Part shown: positions 38,471-38,561 of the stretch, in pieces | Numbering within the stretch: the stretch's first letter is position 1 | How the letters are laid out: the number at the start of each line of letters is the position of its first letter | The notes under the pieces: model-generated | Seen by the model: the letters and a program-made list of their open reading frames with translations, nothing else | Databases searched by the model: none | What the model was told of the DNA's origin: nothing | NCBI GenBank assembly: GCA_002269645.1 | Contig: NIVC01003402.1 | Location: 1 to 38,561 of the forward strand | DNA: 38,561 nucleotides | Source of the DNA: Macrostomum lignano | Lineage: Eukaryota | Direction of reading: 5' to 3' | Position numbers and translations under genes: made by a program

Positions 38471-38561
38471 TACATTGAGCAGCTATTATCAGTTTCTTTT
38501 GTTAATTGAGTTTGTGAAACTAACAATTTAAATAAGAGCAGTATAATACGCAAAACTCATT

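Overview
Eukaryotic (invertebrate animal-like, species not determinable) genomic window with GT-AG introns, GC-rich exons and AT-rich introns. It holds a cluster of four 7-exon type II membrane gamma-glutamyltransferase (GGT) paralogs: GGT-1 + 2560-7953 (1-nt frameshift in exon 3), GGT-2 + 24381-27892 (first exon not found), GGT-3 + 28680-32974 and GGT-4 - 37309-34187. GGT-1 and GGT-2 are separated by a ~16 kb transposon island. It contains a full-length BEL/Pao LTR retrotransposon (8293-14687; apparently identical 256-bp LTRs, ACAAC TSD, one frameshift in integrase), tRNA-derived SINEs, nested Tc1 remnants and several foldback/MITE elements. It also holds an intronless Crypton-like DUF3504 tyrosine recombinase ORF (16780-18204), preceded by long palindromes with GNA mini-hairpins and surrounded by polarised CCATAGAC/GTCTATGG motifs. 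Best candidates for novelty: (i) this recombinase with its motif, hairpins and MITEs; (ii) GGT-3, with substituted glutamate-site and lid residues, a transmembrane anchor encoded by a (GTT)n microsatellite and a ~535-nt hairpin in its probable 3' UTR; (iii) patchwork exon-level gene conversion among the four GGTs. All coordinates, alignments and motif counts were made by eye; no database searches were run.
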